Made by a program: the position numbers and the translations under genes. A stretch of 64,000 nucleotides of DNA. Source: Octopus sinensis (Eukaryota). Of this stretch, positions 24,871 to 37,200 are shown in pieces. The notes beneath the pieces are model-generated. The model was not told the origin of the DNA, did no database searches, and was given only the letters and a program-made list of their open reading frames with translations. The stretch lies in assembly GCF_006345805.1 (NCBI RefSeq), contig NC_043005.1, forward strand, positions 17,794,001 to 17,858,000. The letters are read 5' to 3'. The number at the start of each line of letters is the position of its first letter. The stretch's first letter is position 1.

Positions 24871-25584
24871 TACTATATGGTTAAAATTTGCATTAAAGTG
24901 TCCAAATCAATACAAACAACTAAAACCAATATTGGAAGTGGAACATGGCCGCGCTCCAAATACTGAAATCATTGGAAGAAAAGTAAAAATACAAATATAT
25001 TCCTTTCTTACTTAGATTATGTTTCTGTGTTCATTATTCGACTTAATTATAAAAACATTAAAAACTTACTTGACTTAATTAAAAAATACTCAGGTGCCGC
25101 TTTAAGATTACTAAATAGTGTTACTTTAAATCCAGAGTCGTATTTTAGTGAATTTTACAGCAGCAGCAGCAACAACAACAACAACAAAATCAACATGCAT
25201 GTAATTTCGAAGTTTCGACCTTTTTATGACATTGAAGGAAATGAAATACACTCTGGGGCATTAAAAAATATTGATTATTTTTATCGATCTGCCAAAGTTA
25301 TTTTTTAATCGATTGTCTGAAAGTTTTTCGTTTTTTTTTTTTTTTATTTCGTTTTGCACTTCTATTAGAGTTAATGGCTAACAGAAGAATTTTGTTGATT
25401 GTATATATTAGTCGCCATCATCGGTATTGGAAGGAACACTGTTTACTAAACGCCTTTCAAGTTGATATTTTCACTATCATTAATTAAAAAACAAACAAAA
25501 CAAAACAAAACGCAAACAAACAAAAACAAGATGAAAAAGGACTGCCTTCGGAATGTAATTTAGGTTAGAGTGCTGGATTAAAAT

Positions 25585-25745
25585 GGCCGACATTGCTTAG
25601 GTAGGTCACTTTACGTTCTGAATTTAAATAATGTGGAGGCTGACTGCTTTTCATACTTCCAGGATCGATAACAGAGCGCCATACAGGTCCCGGGGTCGAC
25701 CATACGCTCTCTAAAATTTGAGATCTTATGCTTATGTTGGAAATC
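25585..25745 (+). mobile_element. SINE family A, highly diverged
   Basis: TTACGTTCTGAATTTAAA..CTTTTCATACTTCC..GGGGTCGA. Confidence 0.5.
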
Positions 25746-25774
25746 AATATTTGAATTTAGTTCAAGAAAACCGG

Positions 25775-25870
25775 TCTTCTTCTTCTTCTTCTTCTTCTTC
25801 TTCTTCTTCTTCTTCTTCTTCTTCTTCTTCTTCTTCTTCTTCTTCTTCTTCTTCTTCTTCTTCTTCTTCT
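25775..25870. repeat. (TTC)n microsatellite
   Basis: Direct reading. Confidence 0.97.
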
Positions 25871-26063
25871 TTACTTTTAATCTACATGTTTCTTACAGTC
25901 ACTTGCCGAGACACACCCAGCGTTCTTGGGCGAGTGAACGATAAGAGATGTTGCATTACGACTGAAAGCTATGGGAGGAAAAGTAGCGAAATATCTTCAT
26001 GTAATACAACAGACATTTAAATGCATAGGGTTTGTCTAAGGATGTGGGTAGTACTTGTCAGTA
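25871..26063 (-). mobile_element. R4/Dong-type retrotransposon extreme 3' fragment
   Basis: Minus strand translates LLTSTTHILRQTLCI*, paralogous to LLGTAHILRRTLSIQ* of the neighbour; 3' UTR follows. Confidence 0.65.
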
Positions 26064-26064
26064 G

Positions 26065-26101
<37 letters not shown>

Positions 26102-26178
26102 ATTACTTTTTTTTTTCTTCTTTCAAATTTTCTTCCATTTCTTGCCGAGTGTCTTCCCGACTCCTAGGGCAAAGAAAC

Positions 26179-26236
<58 letters not shown>

Positions 26237-26240
<4 letters not shown>

Positions 26241-26700
26241 TAGTTTTATTTTTATAGCGTGCTTTGACTTCACTACCGAGCGCAGCTCTGTGTGCCTTAG
26301 GTATGTGCTGTGATTTGTTGTGATGCTCTGATGGTTACTGTATGGAAAGTGTTCTGCGTAGGATGTGTGCAGTGCCTAGTAGTGCAATTTTCTGTGTGTT
26401 GTATGTGTTTGTAAGTCCTGGTGTTTTTGTTATGTATTTGTCTGAATATTTTTTTATCATGCCTAATGCACCTACTATGATAGGAATTGTTTCTGTTTTT
26501 AGATTCCACATTCTGGTTACCTCTATTTCCAGGTCTTTGTATTTTGAAAGTTTCTCTATTTCTTTTAGAGACACGTTGTCATCTGCTGGTATTGATACAT
26601 AAATTAGAAAGCATTTTTTTCTTCATGATCTCTGACAACTATATCTGGTCTGTTGGCCTTAATTTCTCTATCAGTGTGTATTGGCATATCCCAGAGTATG
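26237..26700 (-). mobile_element. R4/Dong-clade non-LTR retrotransposon 3' end (restriction-like endonuclease)
   Basis: RPDIVVRD..KKCFLI.VSIPADDNVSLKEIEKLSKYKDL..IPIIVGALG..ALLGTAHILRR; (TAA)n on both sides. Confidence 0.88.
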
Positions 26701-26794
26701 GTTGCTTTCTCGTTTTCTGTGACCTTTTATTATTATTATTATTATTAAAAAACATTGTTTCGGCTCGGTGCGAATTAAAGTTCCGCAGACCTCT

Positions 26795-26884
26795 AACCAA
26801 CCAACCAACCAACCAACCAACCAACCAACCAACCAACCAACCAACCAACCAACCAACCAACTAATCAATCAATCAATCAATCTG

Positions 26885-26981
<97 letters not shown>

Positions 26982-27045
26982 GTATCTAACTGTCTGTCTG
27001 TCTGTGTGCCTACCTGCCTGCTTCTCTGTCTGTCTGCCTGTCTGC

Positions 27046-27110
<65 letters not shown>
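26795..27110. repeat. (CCAA)n/(TCTA)n/(TCTG)n microsatellite
   Basis: Direct reading. Confidence 0.95.
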
Positions 27111-27389
27111 CCTATTCATACATATATACATACATGCAGCATATACACACATGCAAATATACATACACATGCATGCACATATTCCCACAAAATCTCCACG
27201 CATACAGTGTAAATAAAATACCCACGCATAGAGCGCAAATACATATATATAAACAGATTTGGACATACACATATATGTTGTATGTTTATCTGTGTATGTA
27301 TGTAGATGTATGTGTATGAATGTATAAATATATGCACACACACATACACACACGTAAATACACACACGCACATACATAAATACACATCT

Positions 27390-27535
27390 AGTTCAAATTT
27401 CCAGACAACAAAAGACGAAGACAGTTGAAGGAACAACAAGAAGGTATATTAGTTTAACGGTCGGGACGAATTGAAAAGTCTTTGACGTTTCGAGCTTACG
27501 TTCTTCAGCAGAAAAGATTAAGAGGAAAATAGGGA
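27390..27535 (-). mobile_element. Family H element, diverged copy 3
   Basis: Minus strand CTGCTGAAGAACGTAAGCTCGAAACGTCAAAG; CTGTCTTCGTCTTT shared with the other copies. Confidence 0.7.
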
Positions 27536-27769
27536 TATATATGAGTGTGTGTGTGTGTATGTGTGCTTGTGTTAATGTGTATATTTGTGCTTGTGCACAT
27601 GTGTAAACAGGTTTTTAATGTTATTTTTAAATATATTCACTTAAGTTTTTCCCCATTATTATTTTCCATTTTAAATTGTTTCTTGTGAGATGGATATTTT
27701 TTCATTGCTATTTTCTTACCGCCCTCATTCAGGCATATTTGTCACATATACTATAATTTGAAATTCCTA

Positions 27770-28205
27770 GGAGGGGTGGAAGGAGAGGTGGGGATCAAGT
27801 ACTTCCTGGAAAAGTCCGAGGAAGCGGTAGGACTTCCTGGAAAAGTCAGAGGAGGACTTCTTGGAAATGTCCGAGGAGGAGAAGCAAGGACTTCCTGGAA
27901 AAGTGCGAGGAGGGCGTGGAAGGGAAGGAAGGAGTTTCTGGAAAATCCGAGGAAGGGGAGGAGGGAAGGACTTCATGGAAATGTCCAAGGAGGTGGAGGA
28001 AGGAGAGGAGGGGGAACAAAGGAAAGATGGGAGCAAGGAATCCTGGAAAAGTCCGAGGAAGGGTGGGACTTTCTGGAAATATCCGAGGAAAGAGAGGAGG
28101 TGGAGCTAGGACTGTTTGGTAAAGTCCGAGGAAGGGTAGGAGGGGAGCAAAGACTTCTTGGGGAACTGCGAGGAGGGGGAGGAAGGACTTCCTGGAAAAG
28201 TCTGA
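27770..28205 (+). repeat. Purine-rich minisatellite, unit GGACTTCCTGGAAAAGTCCGAGGA plus G/A spacer
   Basis: About 10-11 degenerate units. Confidence 0.9.
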
Positions 28206-28206
28206 A

Positions 28207-28272
<66 letters not shown>

Positions 28273-28466
28273 ATGTATAAATAATTTAAAATTATAGCAC
28301 TCTCCTGGTGCTGTATGAACACTTAGTGTGATTTTAGAGTCAAGTTTTGACTGCTATTTCCAGCGTCGTGGTATCTGTTAGTTACCCTAAATTATTATTT
28401 TAAATAATTATTGCTTTTGAAGGTTTTTATTCCCATGCTGGCCACCTGATAAAATATCGATCTTAT

Positions 28467-28510
<44 letters not shown>

Positions 28511-28514
28511 TATA

Positions 28515-28584
28515 TATACTGACGAGTCACCCTGAGTAAATAATTTATTTTTATTGCTGAAAAAGACGAAACTGCAGTATAAGA
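28515..28584 (+). ncRNA. Type I hammerhead ribozyme fold, stem I eroded by (TA)n
   Basis: CTGACGA-GTC...GAC-GAAA-C-TGCA-GTA; palindromic ACTGCAGT. Confidence 0.68.
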
Positions 28585-28752
28585 TGAACCGAGTTAGTAA
28601 AAGTTTTTATTTTCATTTCACTAAATTTATCAAGCTTCTGTGTATCTAGCACATACTTCGCCTTTTAATGTACTTATATATGAATAATATATGGCCTGTG
28701 CTAGAAACACCAGCGATAATAATTAATTTTATTTTATCGCATTTTGACTTTG

Positions 28753-28785
<33 letters not shown>

Positions 28786-28951
28786 CTTCGTATTTCATAC
28801 CAAAACTATTATATTTAATGTATTTAATATATTTAATATATTTACGATAATCAATGTTACTAATTTATTTAGCTGTATGATTGCCTCTCTCTCTCTCCTC
28901 TTTATATATAATATATATTATGTATGTATGTATGTATGTATTTTTTGTCTG

Positions 28952-29005
<54 letters not shown>

Positions 29006-29433
29006 GAATTTGAGGAAGCAATATCCCCGTAAGGGGATATTTTAATTTGCATTAGTTTTTGAATTGTGATACAAATAAAATGAACCAAGCATCTTTTATA
29101 TTTTCTCTATTTTCTTTTATTGAATTTTTAATGATTTTAACAATGATTTCGAGTATTTTGACGCAATTCCAGTAATTTCGGGAAGTGTGTAAGACCCCTC
29201 TGTTCACCTGGTACTAATTTTATCGACCTCAGAAGGATGAAAATCGATCGCGGCGGAATTTGAACTCAGGAGGTACTTTAATAATAAAGACATCAAGATA
29301 GAATCAAGGACAGTATACCCGCGTATCAACAGGTTTACAAGCACTCGCGTACATACTTGAGTATAGGGATGTATGCATAATTGGAAGGACAAATAGTATA
29401 TACTCTAGAAAGTACGTGTGTGTACGCAAAAAC

Positions 29434-29482
<49 letters not shown>

Positions 29483-29700
29483 TATATATAGTAGAAATAT
29501 GTTACAAAAAGAAAATATAAAATACACGTGGAAATGTAAGGGTAAAATATGAAAAATCAACGAAAATGCACATTGCAAATAAAAAAAGGCTTTTTATGAC
29601 AGGTAGCAACAAATATATACATTTAGATGGACTGAGGTAGTAATAAGAGTCATAAAAATCATTATTATGAGATGATTATAAGATGATAATAAAGTCAGAA

Positions 29701-29801
<101 letters not shown>

Positions 29802-30340
29802 TGTATAAAGTTATATGCTCTACCTTGTATGTGGCTATATGAAAGAATGTGTATATTATATGCAGGGGAGTTAACCTACTAAGTAATTTTTCTTAATGGC
29901 TTAAAAAAAGCCGAGACAGTCGTAAATTAACCTTTGTGTAGTGAGAAATTCTGACGTAGGATGTTTGAGCTAGGTTACTTTAAATCCTATTCATGCAGAT
30001 AGTTAACAAACACAAGAAATATCACTTTATTGTCTCTAATCGCCTAATATCATTGTTTTGTTTATCTCTTTCTTCCTAATAGTCTATCTGATAGAAGTGT
30101 TATTTCATAGTTTACTAGACACGGGGGATTTGTGGTTTTCGTTCCATTGTTTTTGTATTTTGTATTTTGATTATACTTTCGTTTTGTCTGTCATTTTTAT
30201 CTATGGGTTCAGTATTGATTGCAAATTGCTGAAAGTAGCGCATTGCTCTCTGTGAATTCATTTTCATACAGAGTGAAACGACAGTTTGATCGAACGAAGG
30301 GCTTTTTCAAAATAATCACCCGAAGAAATACATTTTATAC

Positions 30341-30560
30341 TTATTTCTTTACTACCCATAGAGGGGACAAACAAGGAGAGACAAACGGACTAAGTCGATT
30401 ATATTGACCCCAGTGCGAAACTGGTACTTATTTAATCGACCCCGAAAGGATGAAAGGCAAAGTCGACCTCGGCGGAATTTGAACTCAGAACGTAACGGCA
30501 GACGAAATACCGATAAGCATTTCGCCCGGCGTGCTAACGATTCTGCCAGCTCGCCGCCTT
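30341..30560 (-). mobile_element. SINE family A with 15-bp TSD
   Basis: TSD AAATACATTTTATAC at 30326-30340 and 30561-30575. Confidence 0.93.
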
Positions 30561-30906
30561 AAATACATTTTATACCTTCATTGGCTGGTAGTACTTACAC
30601 AATCGTCTCACCAATGTACCACAGGTGTAACAGTATGTGAAAAAACAGACAGTGATTATATGAAATAAAGAATGTGCAATCCATTTGAACTATTTCTTTT
30701 TATGGGAAAAGAATAAATTGTAGGTTATATAAAGCAACAGTGCTGCAACATTATCTATAGCTGGGTATGATAAGTATAAACTCTTACTTAGTAAGCACAA
30801 AATGACTTTAGAAGATACTAGAATCGTTATTATCTAAGACTTAAGTATGACAAAACTTATCTAAACTTTAGACATATTGTCCATAGATTACATCGTGTTA
30901 TATGTG

Positions 30907-31228
30907 AAGGCGCATGACTCAGTGGTTAGAGTGTCGAGCTTACGATCGTGAGGTTGTGAGTTTGAATTCCGGACCGGGCTGCGTGTTGTGTTCTTGAGCA
31001 AGACACTTTATTTCACGTTGCTCCACTTTATTTCATGTTGCGACGTCATAGGTGCCAAGCTGTATTGGCTTTTGCCTTTCCCTTGGATAACATCGGTGGC
31101 GTGAAGAGGGGAGGCCGGTATGCATGGGCGACTGCTGGTCTTCCATAAACAACCTTGCCTAAACTTGTGCCTGGGAGGGTAACTTTCTAGGTGCAATCCC
31201 ATGGTCAGTCATGACCGAAGGAGGTCTC
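30907..31228 (+). mobile_element. SINE family D with a distinct 3' module
   Basis: tRNA-like head (CTCAGTGGTTAGAG..GAGTTTGAATTCC); TTGAGCAAGACACTT core; the 3' module recurs inverted at 39570-39650. Confidence 0.8.
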
Positions 31229-32689
31229 GGCTCAGCAACATCGCGTTATCAGCCTCAAACTGGCAAAAATAGTGATCGGAATATTTTAAATACACATATA
31301 AACCCTTCTAGATGGTAAGTCTTATACTTGGAACCGTGGTACTGAGCATGATAATCTAAACTTTCAGTGAAAATGGTATCAGCTTAAAATCATAATGTTG
31401 TGAAGCAAAATCTTAATATGAAATCTCAGTAATAAAGCGAAGTTCGCAATGATATTGTCGAACCAATACTTTAATATTACACACTTTAGAGTATTATGTC
31501 TTCCAATAAGATATATATATATTCGGCGGATTCAAAATGAAAGAGAGATTATCTTGTTGGAATGGAGTCTTTTATGGAATCAATAGAAGTGAAGTAAAGT
31601 TCTTGTAACAAGCCGATAAAGCGTCTGCAATGAAGTGATATTAGAGGCAAAGATCATATCAATTCATGTACTAGAACTCATTTTAAGCTGCCCCTATTCT
31701 CACTTTCCCCTTGGCCTTGACTTTTTAAGTCTTTACTTGTCCAAAATAGTTTCACGAGTCCATGCTTGTTTTCAGATTTTTAGTTAGTCCTTGTTTCACA
31801 CGTTCTGGGTAATATAAGTCTTTCGTTTCACAAGTCCTAGGTTATTCCGGTAGTCAAATAACAAAACAAAACAAGCAGCAAAACAAAAACAAAACAACCC
31901 CACCGAACCTAGGAATGTGTATCATATATGATGCATGGGCACCAGGGAAATATGCCCTGTGTATCACATGTAATACAACACAAGACAGGCAAAGGTTAAG
32001 CCAGGGTGACGCTATATCATGACAAGTAATTTAGCGTACCTTTGAATTATGCAGGGAACTGAAATTCCCAATATTCCTTGGCATGTTTCCATGCCTCTTC
32101 TTAAGAAACGGCGGCTTGTTCTAGAGTAGGTTGACTGACCCAATTCCTCTTTTGGCAGTCGATCATATTTGAGTCATTCTACTCACGATCATCTCATCTT
32201 TTTTCAACCTCAGCACATATAAAACTACATTATCCAATGTGTCCTTTTACCAAAATGGAATGAAATTGGAGCGGAATATGGTAGCATTTCTAGCAGGTCA
32301 AATTATCATATGATCACTCGACCTACTAGAAATACTTTCATATTCTCCTTGTTGATGTAGTGTACCTAGACTACATTATTCAAAGTATTCTTCCATTACA
32401 AAGACAGTAGTATGTATTCGTTCATCTTTGCTGCTTTTATTTAGCCCAGGGTAGACCTTAATCAAATAGACCTATAAAAACATGCGTTCAAGTCGTGACC
32501 TTCACATGTTTTTTTTTTTAGACAGAGCAACAAGAACCACCCTTTCCGGTAGGGTGTGATTTTGAAGGAGATATGATTGTGATTTGTAGCATTTTTCATT
32601 TTTGAACAGTTGAACGAGATTTTGTTTTCACTTGTTTATCGAATCTGTCTTCTCGTATTCCTTGTGACTATGTTGTCACTTCTTCATTG

Positions 32690-32870
32690 AAGCTGCTTTT
32701 ACGCATTCACAGAGACTGCTTTCACGTAGTCATTAACACTGTCCAGACGTATTCATTAACACTATGTTTTCACTAATTCATCAACGTTATGCTTTCACGT
32801 ATTCACTGTGCCTATATTTTCACATATTCATTATGACTCTTTCTTCATATAATCATTAGACTATGCTGTC
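32690..32870 (+). repeat. Degenerate tandem repeat of about 25 bp (TGCTTTCACGTATTCATTAACAC)
   Basis: 6-7 diverged units. Confidence 0.6.
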
Positions 32871-33285
32871 ACCATTTTTTAATTTCATAATTAGGTTTTA
32901 ACCTCTCTCAAGTGTTCGCAGTAGTTCTGCACATTTAGTGAGAGCGACAGAGAATGTGTTTGGTTGAAGGTTGATATTTGACGCATGTGAATGGGAAACA
33001 TAAAAGCAAAGAGGACCATTCCTGTTATTGTTTAGTCGCAAGTTGACTTTGGCCCATTGATATAGGATCAGGGTTGTTCCATACTTACTCTTTTACTTGT
33101 TTCAGTCATTTGACTGCGGCCATGCTGGAGCACTGCCTTTAGACGAGCAAATCGACCCCAGGGCTTATTCTTTGTAAGCCTAGTACTTATTCTATCGGGC
33201 ACTTTTGCCGAACCGCTAAGCTACTGGGACGTAAACACACCAGCACCGGTTGTCAAGCGATGTTGGGGGGACAAGCACAGACACA

Positions 33286-33352
<67 letters not shown>

Positions 33353-33381
33353 ACACACACATATATATATATACATATATA

Positions 33382-33560
33382 AAGGGAAAGTTTACGAAAA
33401 TAAACAAAAGACGAAGGCAGGTGGTGTACAAACAAATACATGTATTAGTATAGCGCTCAGGACTAGAAAAAGTCTTTTACGTTTCGAGCCTTCGCTCTTC
33501 GACAGAAAGATACACAGAAAAAAACAAGGAGAGAAAAAATGCGTGTAGTAGCTAACGATA
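33382..33560 (-). mobile_element. Family H element, copy 4
   Basis: Minus strand CTTT-CTGTCGAA-GAGC gaag GCTC-GAAA-CGTA-AAAG at 33474-33509. Confidence 0.8.
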
Positions 33561-33569
33561 TATATATAT

Positions 33570-34340
33570 ATATTTAATTTTAATCCAAACGGGAAAACAG
33601 AAAAAACAACAACACGTGGAACAATTACAGTATTATTATTAATAGGCGCTCAGGAAAAGATGGAAGCAGGAAGGTATGACGTTTCGAGCGGAGCTCTTCG
33701 TCGGAAACATAAAGAAGGAAGAGAGAGGAAAGAAAGATCCCAAAGTGGGCAACAAGAGGGAGAAAAAAAAAACGACTGGTGTTTACGAAGTACACATGGT
33801 GAAAGGCGGAAGTTTACGATAACAAGAGCAAAGTAGGTTTTTAAAGCCAAAAGAGTGGAGACAGGGTTGGTAACGCAACAGATGTGTGTGTGTATGTGTG
33901 AGTGTGTGCGTGTGCGTGTGTGTATGTGTGTGTGAGGCGAGATAAAAAAACAAAAAATATATGTATATATTAGTGTGTGCGTCTGTGTGTAGGCGTGTGA
34001 GGTAGGGCGAACAGTAGTAGGCAGCAGACAGTGGTCAGTAGTAAGAAAATGAAGGAAGGAGGAAGGGAGGGAGGGGAAGGGGTGGGGGCGTATGTAACGT
34101 GCCAGTAGTAGTGTGTGTGTGTCCAGTGTCGTAGTTGTATTAATGGCGAGTAGATTTGAAGTGTGTGTAAGAGTAATGTATATATTTAAGCAATGTGTGT
34201 GTGTGAGTGGGTGTATGTATGTGTGCGCGCGTGTGTAACAAAAAAGGGGGGGTTATAAGGAAAAAGGACTCCAGCTGAGGGGAAGATGGAAGAGTGGTCC
34301 CGCGGAGACGGGCGTGGGAGAACCCAACGACAAGCGACGG
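33570..34340 (-). mobile_element. Longer family-H-related element
   Basis: Minus strand CCGACGAA-GAGC tcc GCTC-GAAA-CGTC (33676-33710) followed by TCCTGAGCGCCTA, as in family H; 5' extent uncertain. Confidence 0.55.
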
Positions 34341-35257
34341 CCCCAGGAACGAGCGGGAGACATATATACGACGGGCTTCTTTCAGCTTCCGTCTACCAAA
34401 ACCACTCACAAGGCTTTGGTAGGCCCGAGGCTATAGTAGAAGACACTTGCCCAAGGTGCCACGCAGTGGGACTGAACCCGGAACCATATGGTTGGTAAGC
34501 AAGTTACTTACCACACAGCCACTCCTGCGCCTATTTTAGGCAGTGTGCATCCAAATCCGATTATTCATTGACGTTAACGTGATTTCAGTAAGCTTTGCTT
34601 GCTATCCTTAGCAAGTAAACGAATGTGTAGAGGTTCCCTCGCTCATTTGCATTGTGTCGCTATCTTTATAGCAGTTCATCTGGTTAGATATAGCAAAACC
34701 AAGTTTAATCAATACAGAAGAGATAACGATGGAGTTTTATCGCATTCACTCGATCTGCTAAAAATATCAGTCTGAAATCATATTCTGCTGACTGTAAAAA
34801 TGAGAAGATAGATTAGATAATGTAGTTCTAGATATACTGTCTGAAAACAACAAAAGGGAACGGTTACGGCGAGAATATCTTTCATTACACATCTCCTGAA
34901 TCAGGTCTGACCTCGGACTGAGAGACAATAGCAGTAACAACAACAATAACAACCATATATAAAGAGGAGGGTGAAGGATTTGACTATCACGGAATTACAT
35001 TTGAATTGACTGGGTAGGGTTAGAGTAGATATTACTGGATCAAGATGAGAAGACAACACACTGGTGTTATTGGAAGAGATGAACATAACACTTTAATCAT
35101 GCTATCATGCTATTTTACCTCAAGGCTTTCGTACTAGACACAAAGCTTTGGTCATGTCGAACGCAGTCACAGCAAGAGAATTGCAATAATCGTTTCATTC
35201 CATCTCCATTGATATCCATTATTGAATATAGAATTCCAATAAAATATGAGCAGTGGA

Positions 35258-35288
<31 letters not shown>

Positions 35289-35400
35289 TGTATGTATGTA
35301 TGTATGTATGTATGCATGTATGTATGTATGTATGTATGTATGTATGTATGTATGTATGTATGTGTGTGTATGTATGTATGTGTGTGTGTATGTATGTATG

Positions 35401-35434
<34 letters not shown>

Positions 35435-35436
35435 TG

Positions 35437-35498
<62 letters not shown>

Positions 35499-35527
35499 CC
35501 TACCTACCTACCTACCTACCTACCTAC

Positions 35528-35587
<60 letters not shown>

Positions 35588-35600
35588 TTATCTATCTCTC
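35258..35600. repeat. (TATG)n/(TCTA)n/(CCTA)n microsatellite
   Basis: Direct reading. Confidence 0.97.
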
Positions 35601-35914
35601 AACGAAGAGAACACACACTTATAAGTATATATCAAAGAAGAACATTCAAATTCAACTCCCTATTAAACTGCTACAGTCGCAGGTCGTGCCGCTATTGTTA
35701 TGATTGGTGATTCTGCTTATTGTTGTTGGTGACGTCATTACTTTAATAGCTACCCCTGTTTTATTTATACACCTTCACTGGTTAACTCTGAGAATTTAAA
35801 ATGTCATGCTTGTTTCTACAGTCTTTCATCAGCACATTCGTACACACAAACACACTGAAGTCAGATTCCATCACACACACACATATACTCACACACTAAA
35901 TAATTATAGCGTTT

Positions 35915-37200
35915 GGGAGACTGCTAAACTACATCAACGGGCAAGCAGCAATGCTGTTACAGATTGGTTTAGGAATATAAAAGATAGGCATAGAGCTAGA
36001 TTTATGCAGTGTGAGAATATAGATTTTTATCCCTAGATATCGAAATTCTTACTGGATAAGACAATTGAGTTCACTAAAAAATGCGTCAATATTGGCCATG
36101 TAAACCTTACTTTAATCATGCATGTGCGAAAAACCTTCTCTTCAGTAAAGACTCAGTATGTTCAAAACACCTAAAATAAATGAATTGTTTGATGCATCGG
36201 TGGGATCGTATAACAATACTGATATTTGTGATCTAATAGGTCTCTCTATATTAAACACACTGGGATCCAGGTTCCCATCCCATGACTTTGCTCTATACCG
36301 TGACGATGGCTGAGGAATATCTCACGGCTGTGATGGATATACACTTGATAAATTTAGGAAAAATCCGTATATGGTTTTAGTTAATTAGGGCTCAAAATCA
36401 TTGTAACCACTAGTCTCTGAAGTTGATTTCTTAGATGCTTTGCAAGGAATAAACATGTACTCTTATAATCACTAGCACAAATCTAATGAAAAACCCGCGT
36501 ATCTACATAAACAGTATTGTTACCTACTCTCTTGTGTTTAAAAACTGTATAGCATATATTGGCAATAAAATATTTAATCCCTTCTCCTCAAAGGAAATAT
36601 TAAATAAGGCGGCTCACTACTATAACAATGCCTTAAATAAAGTTTCTTTAAGAAAAATAACTCATGACTCTACAATTAAAAATATAAAACCTAAAATTAG
36701 ACCCAGGAAGAGTATATGGTTCATCCCCACCTTTCTTTTAAGATGTCAAGACTAATGTAAGTAGTAAATTCCTGGCCTTAATAGATTAGCATTTCCCAGT
36801 TAACCATAGATACAAGAAAATTTTTAATAGACATTTTGTGCAAGTCTCATACAGTTGCTGTCCCAACATGAGACTCAAACGAAAAAAAGTATTGGCATAT
36901 ATGAAAGTGATTTAAAAAAGACAGGTACGCTAACCACTAGTCTTCCCTTCGACACATGGATAAGACGACGTGAAGGCCAATAATACATAATATACATCAA
37001 GTGGAACATCACGAAACGTTGCAAGTCATACGTTAATGGATTAAAGGGGTGTGGGCCTTTTAGCCGAAATATCTCATCTTCATTTTAGATCTAAGAACTC
37101 TACTGACCTACTAAATTCCTGATCTGAAATTTTGATTAAATGTATGTATCAGGTCAAATTTCTTTTATTGAACTGGAAACACAACTACCTCCCGATAAAG
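35915..37200 (+). pseudogene. Penelope-like element reverse transcriptase, decayed
   Basis: SNAVTDWFRNIKD..RFMQ..IDFYP; LFDASVGS; DICDLIGL; FALYRDDG (about 36290-36310); RKSIWFIP; VSYSCCPNM; IKWNI. Confidence 0.82.

Larger units (their letters stand above)
33084..34532 (-). mobile_element. SINE family B split by insertions in its internal microsatellite
   Basis: 3' half at 33084-33300 and 5' half at 34340-34532, same strand, contiguous in consensus order. Confidence 0.82.

Noticed and set aside
27770-28205. Palindromic repeat plus spacer as a CRISPR-like array, or ORF 27758-28297 as a gene
   Set aside because: Spacers are low-complexity GGA runs and the repeats are degenerate; it is a minisatellite
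29884-29930. Relic hammerhead (GGCTT/AAGCC-GAGAC-AGTC-GTA)
   Set aside because: Both core segments are mutated; too degenerate to call
36290-36320. In-frame TGA after YRDDG as selenocysteine recoding
   Set aside because: The element has many other stops and frameshifts; simple decay explains it
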